Shown in pieces: positions 19,372 through 29,738 of a stretch of 64,000 nucleotides of DNA. Every line of letters begins with the position of its first letter. Position 1 is the first letter of the stretch. The translations under genes were made by a program, and so were the position numbers. The notes under the pieces were generated by a model, which was given only the letters and a program-made list of their open reading frames with translations, was not told the DNA's origin and did no database searches. Source of the stretch: Candidatus Poribacteria bacterium (lineage in GTDB: Bacteria > Poribacteria > WGA-4E > JAJDTR01); the NCBI GenBank assembly GCA_965222225.1, contig CBDCTK010000002.1, positions 4,102,296 to 4,166,295 of the forward strand. The letters are read 5' to 3'.

Positions 19372-21351
19372 TTAAATTTGCGCATAAGTAATCAACAGCG
19401 AGCCTGGCGCTTTGTTGATTGTCACCTCAATCCCGTCGCTGAGAGCACTGCCTGTGACCGTTTCCACATCGCGCGAATCTTCGGATTTGAGTTCGTACCG
19501 TGCTTTTGGATCAAGCCCCCTTAAACTCAGTCGAGCTGAAAGGTAAGGGCTCTGCGGACGGCGAAATGCCAAGACCATGCCCTGTTTCAAGTCTTCACGG
19601 TGGAACTGGAACGCCATCCAAACGTCATCATTGGTCGAGTACGATGTCAGTGGATAGTAGTCTCCGTAAAAGAAGGGACGGATTCGTTTATATTCGGCTG
19701 CCGTCTTTTGAGCAATCTCGACCGGGAAGTTCGGGGAATGGACATCCCAGCCAAGAACGAATCCACTGTTCATCGCGCTACGTGATTCATAGGAATTTGG
19801 GTTGTTGCTACCGGTGCCGCTGCATGGCAGATAGTAGTGCAATCCATACGTGTGGCACTGGTATCCGTTCGGTTCATAGTAGTCGTAATCAGTGCGCCAG
19901 AGCGGCACGCTTCTGGAGGTGGTTTCAAGATCAATGCGCCGTCCGCCGCTGGCACAATTGTCGATGATTAACCCAGGATGTCGATTCAGCAGTTCATCCC
20001 AGAACGCATATAAACCTTCAATATGTCGGATTTCCGTCATTCCCTGGCGGTCCGGAGCGTCTGCCGTGCGCCAATGACGAAGCGGATCCATATTGAAATC
20101 CTGACGGTAGACGCTAATTCCCTGTCCTGTAATCATCCCGGAGATGTGCTCTATGAGCCAACGCCTCGCCTCAAGGTTCCCTAGATTTAACAATCCGTTT
20201 GGGTTGTCAGGAATCCTAAGAACCCAGTCGGGGTGTTCCCGGTCGAGCCACGATTCTTGATATACGCGCTCCGGTTCAAACCAGAGAAGGAATTTCATCT
20301 CAGCGTTCTTGGCGGCATCCGAAAGCGGCTTAAGCCGGTTGGGAAAATGATCTTCTCTAATGGTCCAATTCCCAACGCCGCTAGGCCAGCCGCCATCAAA
20401 CCACCCCGCGTCGAGCCACCAATTCTCGACATTCAATCCCAGCTCATGGTAACGTTGGGTAAATGCAATCTGATTGGACTCGGTCGATTCGTTTAGGGGA
20501 GAGCCACTGGCTGAAAAAGGCGTCGTCACGGGCTTACCGTCCTTTTGAGGGGTGTGGTGAGCCAAGATGAAACGCCTCAGCAGGTTGTGGCCTCGCATTC
20601 GATCTTCACCCTCCCAGAACAGCAAAAGTATCCGGGGTGTGCGAATTTCTTCGCCGGGATAAAGCTTCAGATGGGTCAATTCCATCCCGGATAGAATCCT
20701 CAGACTCTCCGCGTCGTCTCTGAGAAAGCTAATCGACCACTGCCCCGACCAGCCAATCCCCAGCATCACGCCTCCGCCGGGCGTTTCAGTGTTGAAAAAC
20801 GGAAGTGCTCGCGTATTGGAGGATCGTCCGCCTACCGGCGCAAGTTCAATCTTCGTGTTGGCGTGCAATACGTCTGTAATGGGGGCGAAATCGTTTCGGG
20901 AGGCCGAACTGCCCAAGGCACGATGGAGAACAAATTCGCCTTCCCCGTTGCGAGTGAAGACGGTATCTAGTGCCTGCACGTCCTCAAGGATGGGTGTGTG
21001 CGTAGCGCCCTCGTTCCTGAACTTAACAACCCACTCCACCGCCGGGAAGTCCGAGAAGATTTCCCATTCGCACTGGATAACAAGACCGGATTTGCTGTCT
21101 CTATAAGTCAGCAAGCCCGCTGTTTTCACGTCGTCATGGTGCGTCGTTTCCTTGCTGGATTCCCAGGTCTTGAGCAGGTTAGCGGAGGGTGTGCCACCAT
21201 AAGTGAATGAAAATGGTGGAAGGGTCTCTGTCGACAGGTGAGAATTTATCCACGATTGGACTTTGTTTTTTTCTTCTGTAGATTGCAGAAGCGACAAACT
21301 GCCCTCCTTGAGAATTCCTTCTGTGATGTCCTTCACTGGCGTGCGCGCCAT
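19372..21351 (-). CDS. glycoside hydrolase family 36-like (alpha-galactosidase-type) paralog 1
   Basis: GH36 signature motifs WWLDAGWF (DDGWF), KFLLWFEPERV (GLWFEPEMV), VYRQDFNMDP (KWDMN nucleophile) and IDNCASGGRRIDLE (CSGGGGR acid/base). Confidence 0.8.
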   Translation of the reverse strand: MARTPVKDITEGILKEGSLSLLQSTEEKNKVQSWINSHLSTETLPPFSFTYGGTPSANLLKTWESSKETTHHDDVKTAGLLTYRDSKSGLVIQCEWEIFSDFPAVEWVVKFRNEGATHTPILEDVQALDTVFTRNGEGEFVLHRALGSSASRNDFAPITDVLHANTKIELAPVGGRSSNTRALPFFNTETPGGGVMLGIGWSGQWSISFLRDDAESLRILSGMELTHLKLYPGEEIRTPRILLLFWEGEDRMRGHNLLRRFILAHHTPQKDGKPVTTPFSASGSPLNESTESNQIAFTQRYHELGLNVENWWLDAGWFDGGWPSGVGNWTIREDHFPNRLKPLSDAAKNAEMKFLLWFEPERVYQESWLDREHPDWVLRIPDNPNGLLNLGNLEARRWLIEHISGMITGQGISVYRQDFNMDPLRHWRTADAPDRQGMTEIRHIEGLYAFWDELLNRHPGLIIDNCASGGRRIDLETTSRSVPLWRTDYDYYEPNGYQCHTYGLHYYLPCSGTGSNNPNSYESRSAMNSGFVLGWDVHSPNFPVEIAQKTAAEYKRIRPFFYGDYYPLTSYSTNDDVWMAFQFHREDLKQGMVLAFRRPQSPYLSARLSLRGLDPKARYELKSEDSRDVETVTGSALSDGIEVTINKAPGSLLITYAQI

Positions 21352-21415
21352 CTATACGCTTTGGGAAGAGTCTTATTACACGCCAAGAACTCAGTCGGGA
21401 AATACAATCGACGTG

Positions 21416-23341
21416 TCATTGACGTCCTCGATATGTCACGAGAAGACTTGCTCGCGGTACGGGTTTGTCGATCGACAACCCTTCGGTCATTTCCGCCCCA
21501 CTGATTTGCCGATTGGTCCGGTTTCGAGATTCATCGCTCAAGGTGAGAAAATAATTTCCATCTGGGTTGAGTCTTCGCGGCAACACCTGAAGCGTGGAGG
21601 CGGAGCACTGTTCCCGTCGGAAGGCTAGGATGATTCCCTCGTCCAGATCCTGCCGATGCAACTGAAACGCGAGCCAGTCCTCGGGAGCAGATGAAGGTTT
21701 CGTTAGCGGGTAGAAATCGCGCAACCAGTAGGGGCGATTGACTCTCAATTCAGCCGTCGCTTCTCGCGCCAATTCAAATGGGAAATCGGCGTCCAACAAC
21801 TGCCACTGTGAAACGCCTCCGATGGTTGCGGAACTGCGGCAGTGATAAGTCTCGTGGCTATGCGTGCAGGCGAGATGCAACACAATGTAGGAACTCAATC
21901 CTATCGTCTGCACTTGGCGCCAGTCTGAATGATCGGAACCGCAACTCGTATCGCTCCGCCACATAGGAATGGCGCGCATACAGGTCTCAAGATCGATTCG
22001 TCTACCGCCGCTCGCGCAATTGTCAATTATTAAGTTCGGGCGCGCACCGAGAAGGTCGTCCCAAAACTGATAGAAACCCGCAACCCACATCATCTCGGTC
22101 ATCCCCTGCCGGTCCGCTGTATCCTTAGAACGCCAATAACCCAGCGGGTCAATGTTGAAATCTTCGCGGTAGATGTCTATTCCAAATTCGTCAATCAACC
22201 CTCCGATTCGTTCTGTCATCCATTGCCGGGCTTCGGGAATCCCAAAATTAAAAACACCGTGAGATTGATCCCACAACCTAAGCACTCATTGCGGGTGCTC
22301 CCCCCAAACCTCGGTTCCCTCATGGACACGCCCCGGCTCAAACCGCACGAGGAATCGCATCCCGTTCTCATGAACGGCATCTGCAATCGGTTTTAGCCCA
22401 TGTGGAAATTCCCGAGGTTTGGCGAACCAATTACCGACGCCGTGCGGAAAATCTCCTTCGAACCAAGCCGCGTCCAGCCAATAGGTATCTATTCCACACT
22501 GCGCAACCTTATCGATGAAATCAAGTTGGCCAGCCTCCGTGGGCCAGGTCGGGTGGCTGTGATAAACATCGAAGTTGTTCTCCGCAATCGGGACATCGGG
22601 CAACTCACCGCCTACCCTCGGGACATAATGCGCAAACATCAGTCGGCGAAATTGATTATGTGCTGCCGCCAATCCATCAGACCAAGGCATTAGAAGAATC
22701 CTAGGCGTTCTGATCTTCTCTCCGGGATGAAGCCGCAAGTGGGTGTGTGCCATCCCGGCTTGCAGATTCAGGCTTCCCGGTTGCGTTCGCGATAGCGAAA
22801 CTTTCCATTGACCCGTCCAGCCGATTGCGACGATTAGTCCCTCACCCCGATGTTCCGTAGTGAAATACGGAAATACGTTGTTAGACGATCGTCCACCCGT
22901 AGGTTGAAACGCGACTTTCTGACCGGCGTCCAATCGTGTTTCAAACGGGAGAAAACTCTGCTCGTTGCACGCATCACCATGAATTTGATGGAGCTTCACC
23001 GGTTCATCGGATTCTGTTGACAGGGCAATATCCAGTGGCAGAATCGTTTCTAGAATGGGCGTATCTTCTTCGCCTACGTTTTCGAAGTAAACAACCAACT
23101 CTACGGCAGTGAAGCCGCGATGTACCTTAACTTGCAACGTCACCACAAGATCGGTATCGGGTTCTTTGAGGGATTTCACAATCTGAAATTGGTCGCCGTC
23201 CGCTGCTTCTTCTTTGGTGCCTTCGGACGTGTGCGGCAACGCCTTGAAACGGGCATCCCCGTACCTGAATGAGAGCGGAATACTAGAGCACATTTCCGTC
23301 ACATCTCCCTCAAGCATGGTTCTGAATTCGCCCATCCACAT
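21416..23341 (-). pseudogene. GH36-like paralog 2 interrupted by an in-frame TGA at 22286..22288 (aligned to a Trp codon in paralog 1)
   Basis: minus strand reads ...GEHPQ*VLRLWDQSH versus paralog 1 ...REHPDWVLRIPDN; both halves (22286..23341 and 21416..22285) are the same frame and keep the GH36 motifs (YWLDAAWF, RFLVRFEPGRV, IYREDFNIDP, IDNCASGGRRIDLE). Confidence 0.7.
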
Positions 23342-23357
23342 ATTGCCTTTTTCCCTT

Positions 23358-25394
23358 CTATTCGACCCGTTTATAGGTGATTATCGCAGCGTGCGGTTTC
23401 TCGGCGATCCGGGTAACCAAGCCCTCTTCCATCAGTTCACGCCCAGTCATCTCGCGTGAGGTATCGGCGTCCATGTCCTCTAAGAGGTAACGCGCGTCTG
23501 CAACCAATTCGTGTAAGTGCAGCCGGGCGGATTCGTAGATGCTCTCTTCGCGTCGAAACGCTTGTACCATTCCTTCGCCATCCTCGGGCAGGTTGAATTG
23601 CCACGCCATCCAAACACCTTTATCTTGGCTGTACGATGTCAAAGGATAATAATCGCCGTAATAAAACTTGCGAATGTCGAGGTACTGCTCTAGCAGACAT
23701 CTCGCCTCCTCGCCCTGATCGCCGTCGGCCTCCTCCCACAATTGAGTCATCAATCCTGCGGTCATGACGCTACGAAATTCGTATTCATTTCCCTTTTTCA
23801 AAACGGCGCCACGTGCAGCCATGTGCAGCGGCACCCACTGAAAGAGGCCGTAGCTGTGGCATTGGGCGTGGATGCTGTCATGAGCCCAGTCTGTTCGATG
23901 CAGTGCGGTGCTGCGACCAATTGATTCGAGGTCGATGCGCCTCCCCCCGCTCGCGCAGTTATCTATCATCAGATGGGGGTGTCGTTGTATCAGGTTGTCC
24001 CAGAAGGCATAAAGCCCTTCAATATAGCGAATCTCCGTTATGCCCTGTCGGTCGGGCGCGTCGGCATGTCGCCAATATTCCAACGGCGCAATATTGGCAT
24101 CTTCACGATACCAATCAAGTCCAAATTCAACGATTCGGTCAGAGATAAAATCGGTCAAGAACGCTTGCGCATTGGGGTTGCCCATGTTGAACATCAGTTC
24201 GTCGGCGCTCATCTGGCTGCGCCGGCTCTCATAGACTATCCACCTGGGGTCGTCGTGGGGGATGGGCCAGCCGTTTGTTTTCCACTGTTTGTAGTTGTCC
24301 TCTCCGTTTCCAAGTTCCAGCAGCCAGTTAGGGCGCGCCTTGAACGAAGACCAAGGGGTATCTTTGCAAACGCGGTGCGGTTCAAACCAGAGCAGAAATT
24401 GACCACCGGATTGATGCAACATATCGGAGATTGGTCGGAAACCTTGGGGATAGAGGTCACTTTTCACCTCCCAATTTCCGGGCATGCTCCACCATGAACC
24501 TTTGCCGAACCATTCCGCATCAATCCAATAGCACGTAATGGGTAGTTCGTGCTTGACGACTCGTTGGAGGTTCGTCAGATGTTCGGCGGCTGGCGTTCCT
24601 CCCCAGCTACCGAGGATGACGGGCAAGGTGAGAGGTTCGCCGTTAGGTTGGGGTCGGTGGTGGGCAAGAATAAACCGACGGAGCAAGTTGTTTCCCCTGA
24701 TGCGTGCGCCGTGCCAGAATAACATCAGAATGCTCGGTGTTCGGATAGTTTCTTCCGGATGCAACTTCAGATGCGTTAAAGCCATGCCCGCACCAAGCCG
24801 CAGCGCGTTTTCTCCTTCCCGGCAGAAAGTAGCTTCCCACTCACCCGTCCAGCCGATTCCCGTAACAAATCCATTCGATCCTGACTCAACGTTAAAAAAC
24901 GGCAGTATTTCGCTGGACGATCTGCCTCCGCCGGGTTGGAGGTGTACCTGTTCTCCCGGTTCAAGCGGTTTTTCTACCGGCGCGAAATCATCAATGCAGC
25001 AAAGGGCGCCTTTGGAATAGTGCAAGACGGCTGACTCTTCGGCAAGCGGCAGGTTCGCATCAAGCGGAAGGATTTGCTCCAAGATTGGAGTATCGGTTGC
25101 GCCTCCATTCTTGAAATTCAGAACCCATTCGATGGCGGGAAAATGACGATAACTGATTGCCTCTACGTTTACTTCGAGGCGTGTATCGGGATCTGTGAAG
25201 GTGAGGGTGTGTGCGGTACGTTCCTCATCAAGCGTTTCTCTGCTATATACGGTCTCCCAACTCTTGATGAAATCTTCGGAGGAATGCCCGTCGTAGACAA
25301 AAGAGAATGCTCGTCGCGTTGCCTCGGGACAGAAACATTCCGCAATCCATGAATCTACCGCCGTCATTTCTTCCGATGCTGGCTCTACGGACAT
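23358..25394 (-). CDS. GH36-like paralog 3
   Basis: CYWIDAEWF, QFLLWFEPHRV, WYREDANIAP, IDNCASGGRRIDLE. Confidence 0.8.
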   Translation of the reverse strand: MSVEPASEEMTAVDSWIAECFCPEATRRAFSFVYDGHSSEDFIKSWETVYSRETLDEERTAHTLTFTDPDTRLEVNVEAISYRHFPAIEWVLNFKNGGATDTPILEQILPLDANLPLAEESAVLHYSKGALCCIDDFAPVEKPLEPGEQVHLQPGGGRSSSEILPFFNVESGSNGFVTGIGWTGEWEATFCREGENALRLGAGMALTHLKLHPEETIRTPSILMLFWHGARIRGNNLLRRFILAHHRPQPNGEPLTLPVILGSWGGTPAAEHLTNLQRVVKHELPITCYWIDAEWFGKGSWWSMPGNWEVKSDLYPQGFRPISDMLHQSGGQFLLWFEPHRVCKDTPWSSFKARPNWLLELGNGEDNYKQWKTNGWPIPHDDPRWIVYESRRSQMSADELMFNMGNPNAQAFLTDFISDRIVEFGLDWYREDANIAPLEYWRHADAPDRQGITEIRYIEGLYAFWDNLIQRHPHLMIDNCASGGRRIDLESIGRSTALHRTDWAHDSIHAQCHSYGLFQWVPLHMAARGAVLKKGNEYEFRSVMTAGLMTQLWEEADGDQGEEARCLLEQYLDIRKFYYGDYYPLTSYSQDKGVWMAWQFNLPEDGEGMVQAFRREESIYESARLHLHELVADARYLLEDMDADTSREMTGRELMEEGLVTRIAEKPHAAIITYKRVE

Positions 25395-25693
25395 GATATT
25401 TCCCTTCTGGATAACTCAGCAAAATCCATTTTATGTGTTCAGTGACTAGTGGTTAGTGCAAACCCGACAGACACTGATGGGCAACGCATGAGGATTCAAT
25501 CTACGATCTGATGATTGAAGATTTCAACTACGAATCAATCGGCGGCGGAATCGGAATGGAGGTTTAAATTTGATGCGCGGTAGAGGCAACGCGTTTTGAG
25601 ATGGTGGGCAATGTCCACCCTACAATAACTGGGTTCTACGAACATGATATTTCCTTCTGGAGAACTCGAATCTAGAACTGTGGACGGATCGAG

Positions 25694-27694
25694 TTAGTCA
25701 ACCCTCTTGTACCTTACTACTGCCGCGCCCGGGCAATCCTTGATAGGAATCGTAAAACCGTTTTCCATCAATTCCCTCCCGCTCATGACCGCTTCTCCAG
25801 CAACATCAAAAGTGTTTAGTTTGTAGTCGGACTCCGGTACTAATCCATGAAGGGTGAAGATGCAAGTGTCGGTCTCATTCTCGGGTCGGCGGAACGCCTG
25901 CACCATCCCCTCACCCGACTCCGGCATGTTGAACTGCCAGGCTATCCAGACGTTGTTCTCCAGGCTGTAGGGGGTAAGCGGATAAAAATCACCGTAATAG
26001 TAATCCACAATCTCCCGCCGCTGCCGGTGCAACTTTCGCAGCGCTTCGTAGTCAATCTCTTTGACACGTATGTCAATTGCACTGTTAATGCTCGGATAGC
26101 AGGTGCTCCAGAATGCGTACGATTCTACTGATGTATGGCCTGCTCCGCCGTAGTCGGCGCTCGCATCGGCGACGTTGCCGCCACCGTGGTAGGGAATCCA
26201 AAAAGAGATGCCGTAGGTCTGACACTGCTCTCCCACGGGTTCGTATTGATAGTCGGTCCGCCAAAGCGGCACGGCGCGGCGAAGGGTCTCAAGATCGTTC
26301 CGCCGTCCGCCGGAGGCGCAGGTGTCAATGAGCATATTTGGGCGGCGGCGGATCAACTCGTCCCAATATGCCAAATACCCGGTCACATGCTTGATTTCGG
26401 TGATGCCTTGCCTGTTTTCCGCGTCGTTTCCCCGCCAGTAATCTAGGGGATCCATATTGAAATCCTGCCGATAGACATCAATGCCCTGCAGGGTCAGGAG
26501 TTCATCAACGTGATTGGTTAACCAGTTCAAGGCGTCCGGATTTCCGAGGTCGAGCAGTCCGCCATCCGCGCCGCCCAACACCCATTCGGGATGATTCTCG
26601 GTGAGCCAGGTATTAGCGGAAACCCGCTCCGGCTCAAACCAAACCATCGTCTTGATGTCCTTGGAATGAGCGTAGTCGCTAATGGCACGCAATCCTCTCG
26701 GGAAACGCTCGGTGTCCACCTCCCATGTACCCACGTTTCCCCAGCCACCATCACAGGGATACCAGCCGGCATCCATCCACCAATATTGGAGTTTCAGGTT
26801 CTCCTCAATATAGCGATTGATAAACATGATTTGGTTCTCTTCGGTTGCGTTTACCATCTCGCCGTATACGCGGTAACTGGAACCGAGAACACGGGGTTCG
26901 GGAAGTTGCCCGTAGGGTTTGGGCATATTGTGATCCATCATCCACCGCCGCCAGACATTCTGCGAATCGATCCAGTCCCTGTTCTTCCAGAACAGAAGCG
27001 CAATCAACGGCGTGCGAACTTCTTCTTGGGGATGCAGCGTAAAGTGGGTAAGTTCCTGACCGGCGGTGACGTGCATTGTCTTATCCGAACTGCAACTGAA
27101 GTCGGCAGACCATTGACCGGGCCACCCAACAACCACAATAACGCCTTCATCTTTTCTACCTTCAAGGTTGAAGTAGGACATGTCCGTATTCGTCGGACGT
27201 CCCCCGGCACCGCTAAAGCGCTTGTTTGTGCCGGGTTGCATCACCGCTTGGAAGGGCCTGTAAGCGCTCGGTTCGGCGAATCCGCCCGCAAAGTGGTGCA
27301 GCACGACTCTGTCCTCGTTTTCCTCTGCCCCGAAATTCAAACCTATGTCCAAGGCTTGAATGTCTGAAAGAATGGGGATATCCGAGGTCCCGGTATTCTT
27401 GAAGTAGAGCGTCCACTCGACCACTGGAAAATCGTCGTATTCAACCGCCACGCATCGCACTTGCAAGCCCGTGTGTGAATCCGTGTATGTGAGTGTCCGC
27501 CTAGTGCGGCATTCGTCCAATTCCTCGGAAGCGTCTTCGGTGTCGCAATCTTTGAGAAAATCGGATGATGTCCTATCGCCGTACTTGAAGGAGAAAGGCG
27601 GAACAGACGCATCTCGTCCTAGATTTAAGGCGATCCACTCTCTCCCCGATGCCATCTCTTCAGCGGTTGGTTTTGCTGTGTTTTCAGCGCTCAT
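25694..27694 (-). CDS. GH36-like paralog 4
   Basis: QYWWMDAGWY, KTMVWFEPERV, VYRQDFNMDP, IDTCASGGRRNDLE. Confidence 0.8.
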   Translation of the reverse strand: MSAENTAKPTAEEMASGREWIALNLGRDASVPPFSFKYGDRTSSDFLKDCDTEDASEELDECRTRRTLTYTDSHTGLQVRCVAVEYDDFPVVEWTLYFKNTGTSDIPILSDIQALDIGLNFGAEENEDRVVLHHFAGGFAEPSAYRPFQAVMQPGTNKRFSGAGGRPTNTDMSYFNLEGRKDEGVIVVVGWPGQWSADFSCSSDKTMHVTAGQELTHFTLHPQEEVRTPLIALLFWKNRDWIDSQNVWRRWMMDHNMPKPYGQLPEPRVLGSSYRVYGEMVNATEENQIMFINRYIEENLKLQYWWMDAGWYPCDGGWGNVGTWEVDTERFPRGLRAISDYAHSKDIKTMVWFEPERVSANTWLTENHPEWVLGGADGGLLDLGNPDALNWLTNHVDELLTLQGIDVYRQDFNMDPLDYWRGNDAENRQGITEIKHVTGYLAYWDELIRRRPNMLIDTCASGGRRNDLETLRRAVPLWRTDYQYEPVGEQCQTYGISFWIPYHGGGNVADASADYGGAGHTSVESYAFWSTCYPSINSAIDIRVKEIDYEALRKLHRQRREIVDYYYGDFYPLTPYSLENNVWIAWQFNMPESGEGMVQAFRRPENETDTCIFTLHGLVPESDYKLNTFDVAGEAVMSGRELMENGFTIPIKDCPGAAVVRYKRVD

Positions 27695-27821
27695 GATGGT
27701 TTTCTCCCGTTACACAATTTATGTTAAGTGCGATGCAGGCAATACAGTTTGAACTGTTCAAGACTTACGCAAAAGCAGAAGTGCTAATTTCTGTGACAAT
27801 CTCATATTGCAGGGCTTTTGT

Positions 27822-27959
27822 GGGGAATAACGAGGGATCAAGGGAACGAATAGTGACTGCGATAGAGATCCATGAAGGTATATAGAAACACCAAAACCCC
27901 GTGCACATAAGCCCCAGCGCGGGATCAAACGAACGAATAGTGAGTGCGATAGAGATTCC
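27822..27959 (+). repeat. two copies of the modular dispersed repeat (27822-27871 and 27921-27959)
   Basis: GGGAATAACGAGGGATCAAGGGAACGAATAGTGACTGCGATAGAGATCC ... GGGATCAAACGAACGAATAGTGAGTGCGATAGAGATTCC. Confidence 0.6.
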
Positions 27960-28147
27960 GGCAGGTTGCAAGGTATCAGGAACCGCTTGAGACTTTTTCA
28001 ATGGTCAACCAAAAAGACCAAATGTCTAAAATCTCCCCCGCTTTTCTTCAACGCTTGATTGACACCGTTTGTTGTCTCGCTCAAATGTACAAAGTCGATC
28101 TAAGTCCGATTGTAACTTAATCAGGAATTGCGCGATTCGGTTTTATC

Positions 28148-29008
28148 TTAAGCTATCGTGGGGCCGTCGCCAACCAGTGTGGTACGGTGCAAGATACGTG
28201 CGTATTTGTTTCCATCCCATGGTCGAGCGCGGTGCAGGCAGCACATATTGTCATATACGACGAGATCATTCGCGCGCCATTTGTGGCTGTAGACGAACTG
28301 TGGTTGGGTAGACCAGTCCAGCAATTCCTTCAGCAACGCTTTGCCCTTTTCAAGGGGCAAACCGATAATGTGCGTTGCATAGGAACCCACCAGCAGCGCC
28401 TTTTTTCCCGTTTCCGGAATTGTCCGCACCAAGACTTGGTTCTGAGACGGTGTCTCCTCCAGAAAGGCTTTGCTCATCAAGTTCGGCGCAATCTGATCAC
28501 GTGAGTGTGCCAAGCTGTGTTCTGCGACCAACCCCTCAAGGCTCGCCTTCTTTTCCTCGGACAAGGTGGCGTAGGCGGCGCACAAGCTGGCGAATTCGGT
28601 CCCCCCGCCGTCCGGAGGAACGACCTTTGCCGCTAACAGTGATCCTCGCAACGGTACGCGCTTGAACGAGCCGTCGGAATGCCAAAGTCCGTTGCCCCGG
28701 TGATAGACCATCCGGGGGTCCTCTGGCGGAATGAGTTCCTCATTTTCATCGAGGTTCGTAAGAACACCGACGGGGCCGCCGTCGCCGATGGGATCATTCC
28801 GCATCGTCATTTCTATCTTGCCCAAGCCTTCCGTGAACGTGACATGCTGTTCGTCCGTGATTTCTTGATCGTGGAAGATCAGAACCGCGTGTTCAGCAAG
28901 CGTGGTGCGAAGTTGCGCGAACGTTTCTTGGCTAATTGGCGAAGTAAGGTCAATACCCTGTACCTCGGCTCCGATGTTTTCTGTCAGTTTACGAACGGTG
29001 AATGCCAT
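28148..29008 (-). CDS. TauD/TfdA-family Fe(II)/2-oxoglutarate dioxygenase
   Basis: WHSDGSF (HxD iron ligands) and overall 286 aa TauD-like layout. Confidence 0.8.
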   Translation of the reverse strand: MAFTVRKLTENIGAEVQGIDLTSPISQETFAQLRTTLAEHAVLIFHDQEITDEQHVTFTEGLGKIEMTMRNDPIGDGGPVGVLTNLDENEELIPPEDPRMVYHRGNGLWHSDGSFKRVPLRGSLLAAKVVPPDGGGTEFASLCAAYATLSEEKKASLEGLVAEHSLAHSRDQIAPNLMSKAFLEETPSQNQVLVRTIPETGKKALLVGSYATHIIGLPLEKGKALLKELLDWSTQPQFVYSHKWRANDLVVYDNMCCLHRARPWDGNKYARILHRTTLVGDGPTIA

Positions 29009-29738
29009 TGTCTCGTCTCATCAATCTTATCAACGCAGCCACGGGAAAACCCCTAGCGAGTCAGGTGTCAACTATATATTATCGGTGGGAAAAAAGCAAT
29101 AGAAAAATATGTGCTGTAGTGAGTAGCAAAGCAATCCTCCGGTTGTAGTGGATGTAGAAGTGTGTTATGGCTGCGACGAAATCTATTGGTAAGTCCACTT
29201 CCGTCCGGGATTCAGTTGTAGGAGCATTCATGGCTGCGTTGCGGGACTTGAGAGCAACCCTCGGGACGCCTACGGTTTCTTGTGGATCGACTATCATGAA
29301 CTATGGTATAATTACAGCGTTTCCGCACAGTAGTCATGTCCTTGAATCGTTAATCATGGAACAGAGCAATCGCTGATTCCTTTCCACTGCTCTTCGAAGT
29401 CACAGTCCATAATGTCCTCGAATCGGTTGGTATTGCCAAGAAATCTACCTGAATTCGCGGCGGATCGAAATGCTTCAAACCAGACTGACGATTTAACCCT
29501 CCAATGCACCACGCTTTCAGTCACGCTCGATTTGTAAGAAGCCGGATCGATACCCGTCGCTGATTCTCCTCTGCTCAGAAATTAACAAATCAAAGTACCG
29601 GGTAATGAGGTGCCGTCTTTGTGCACAGTCCCTCCCGTTTCTGAAGCCACGTTTATCTTTCCGGGGTAACTCGGCAGATTAGCATCCGGCTAGCGGTGAC
29701 CTTTACAAGTGATTGCCCCATTTTCGATAGGAGGAATC

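Noticed and set aside
22286-22288. In-frame TGA in GH36 paralog 2 (and in PhyH remnant at about 5582) as possible selenocysteine or TGA-recoded sense codon
   Set aside because: TGA terminates many clearly intact genes in this window (permease, EamA, OMP-like ORF), aligned residue is Trp rather than Cys/Sec, and other lesions use TAG and TAA, so ordinary nonsense mutation or sequencing error is more likely
26591-27367. 258-aa plus-strand ORF
   Set aside because: Antisense to GH36 paralog 4, no motifs; same for 23973..24497, 24538..25020, 36611..37120, 10019..10639, 3643..4089, 16896..17441, 19111..19524 and other long ORFs antisense to confident genes
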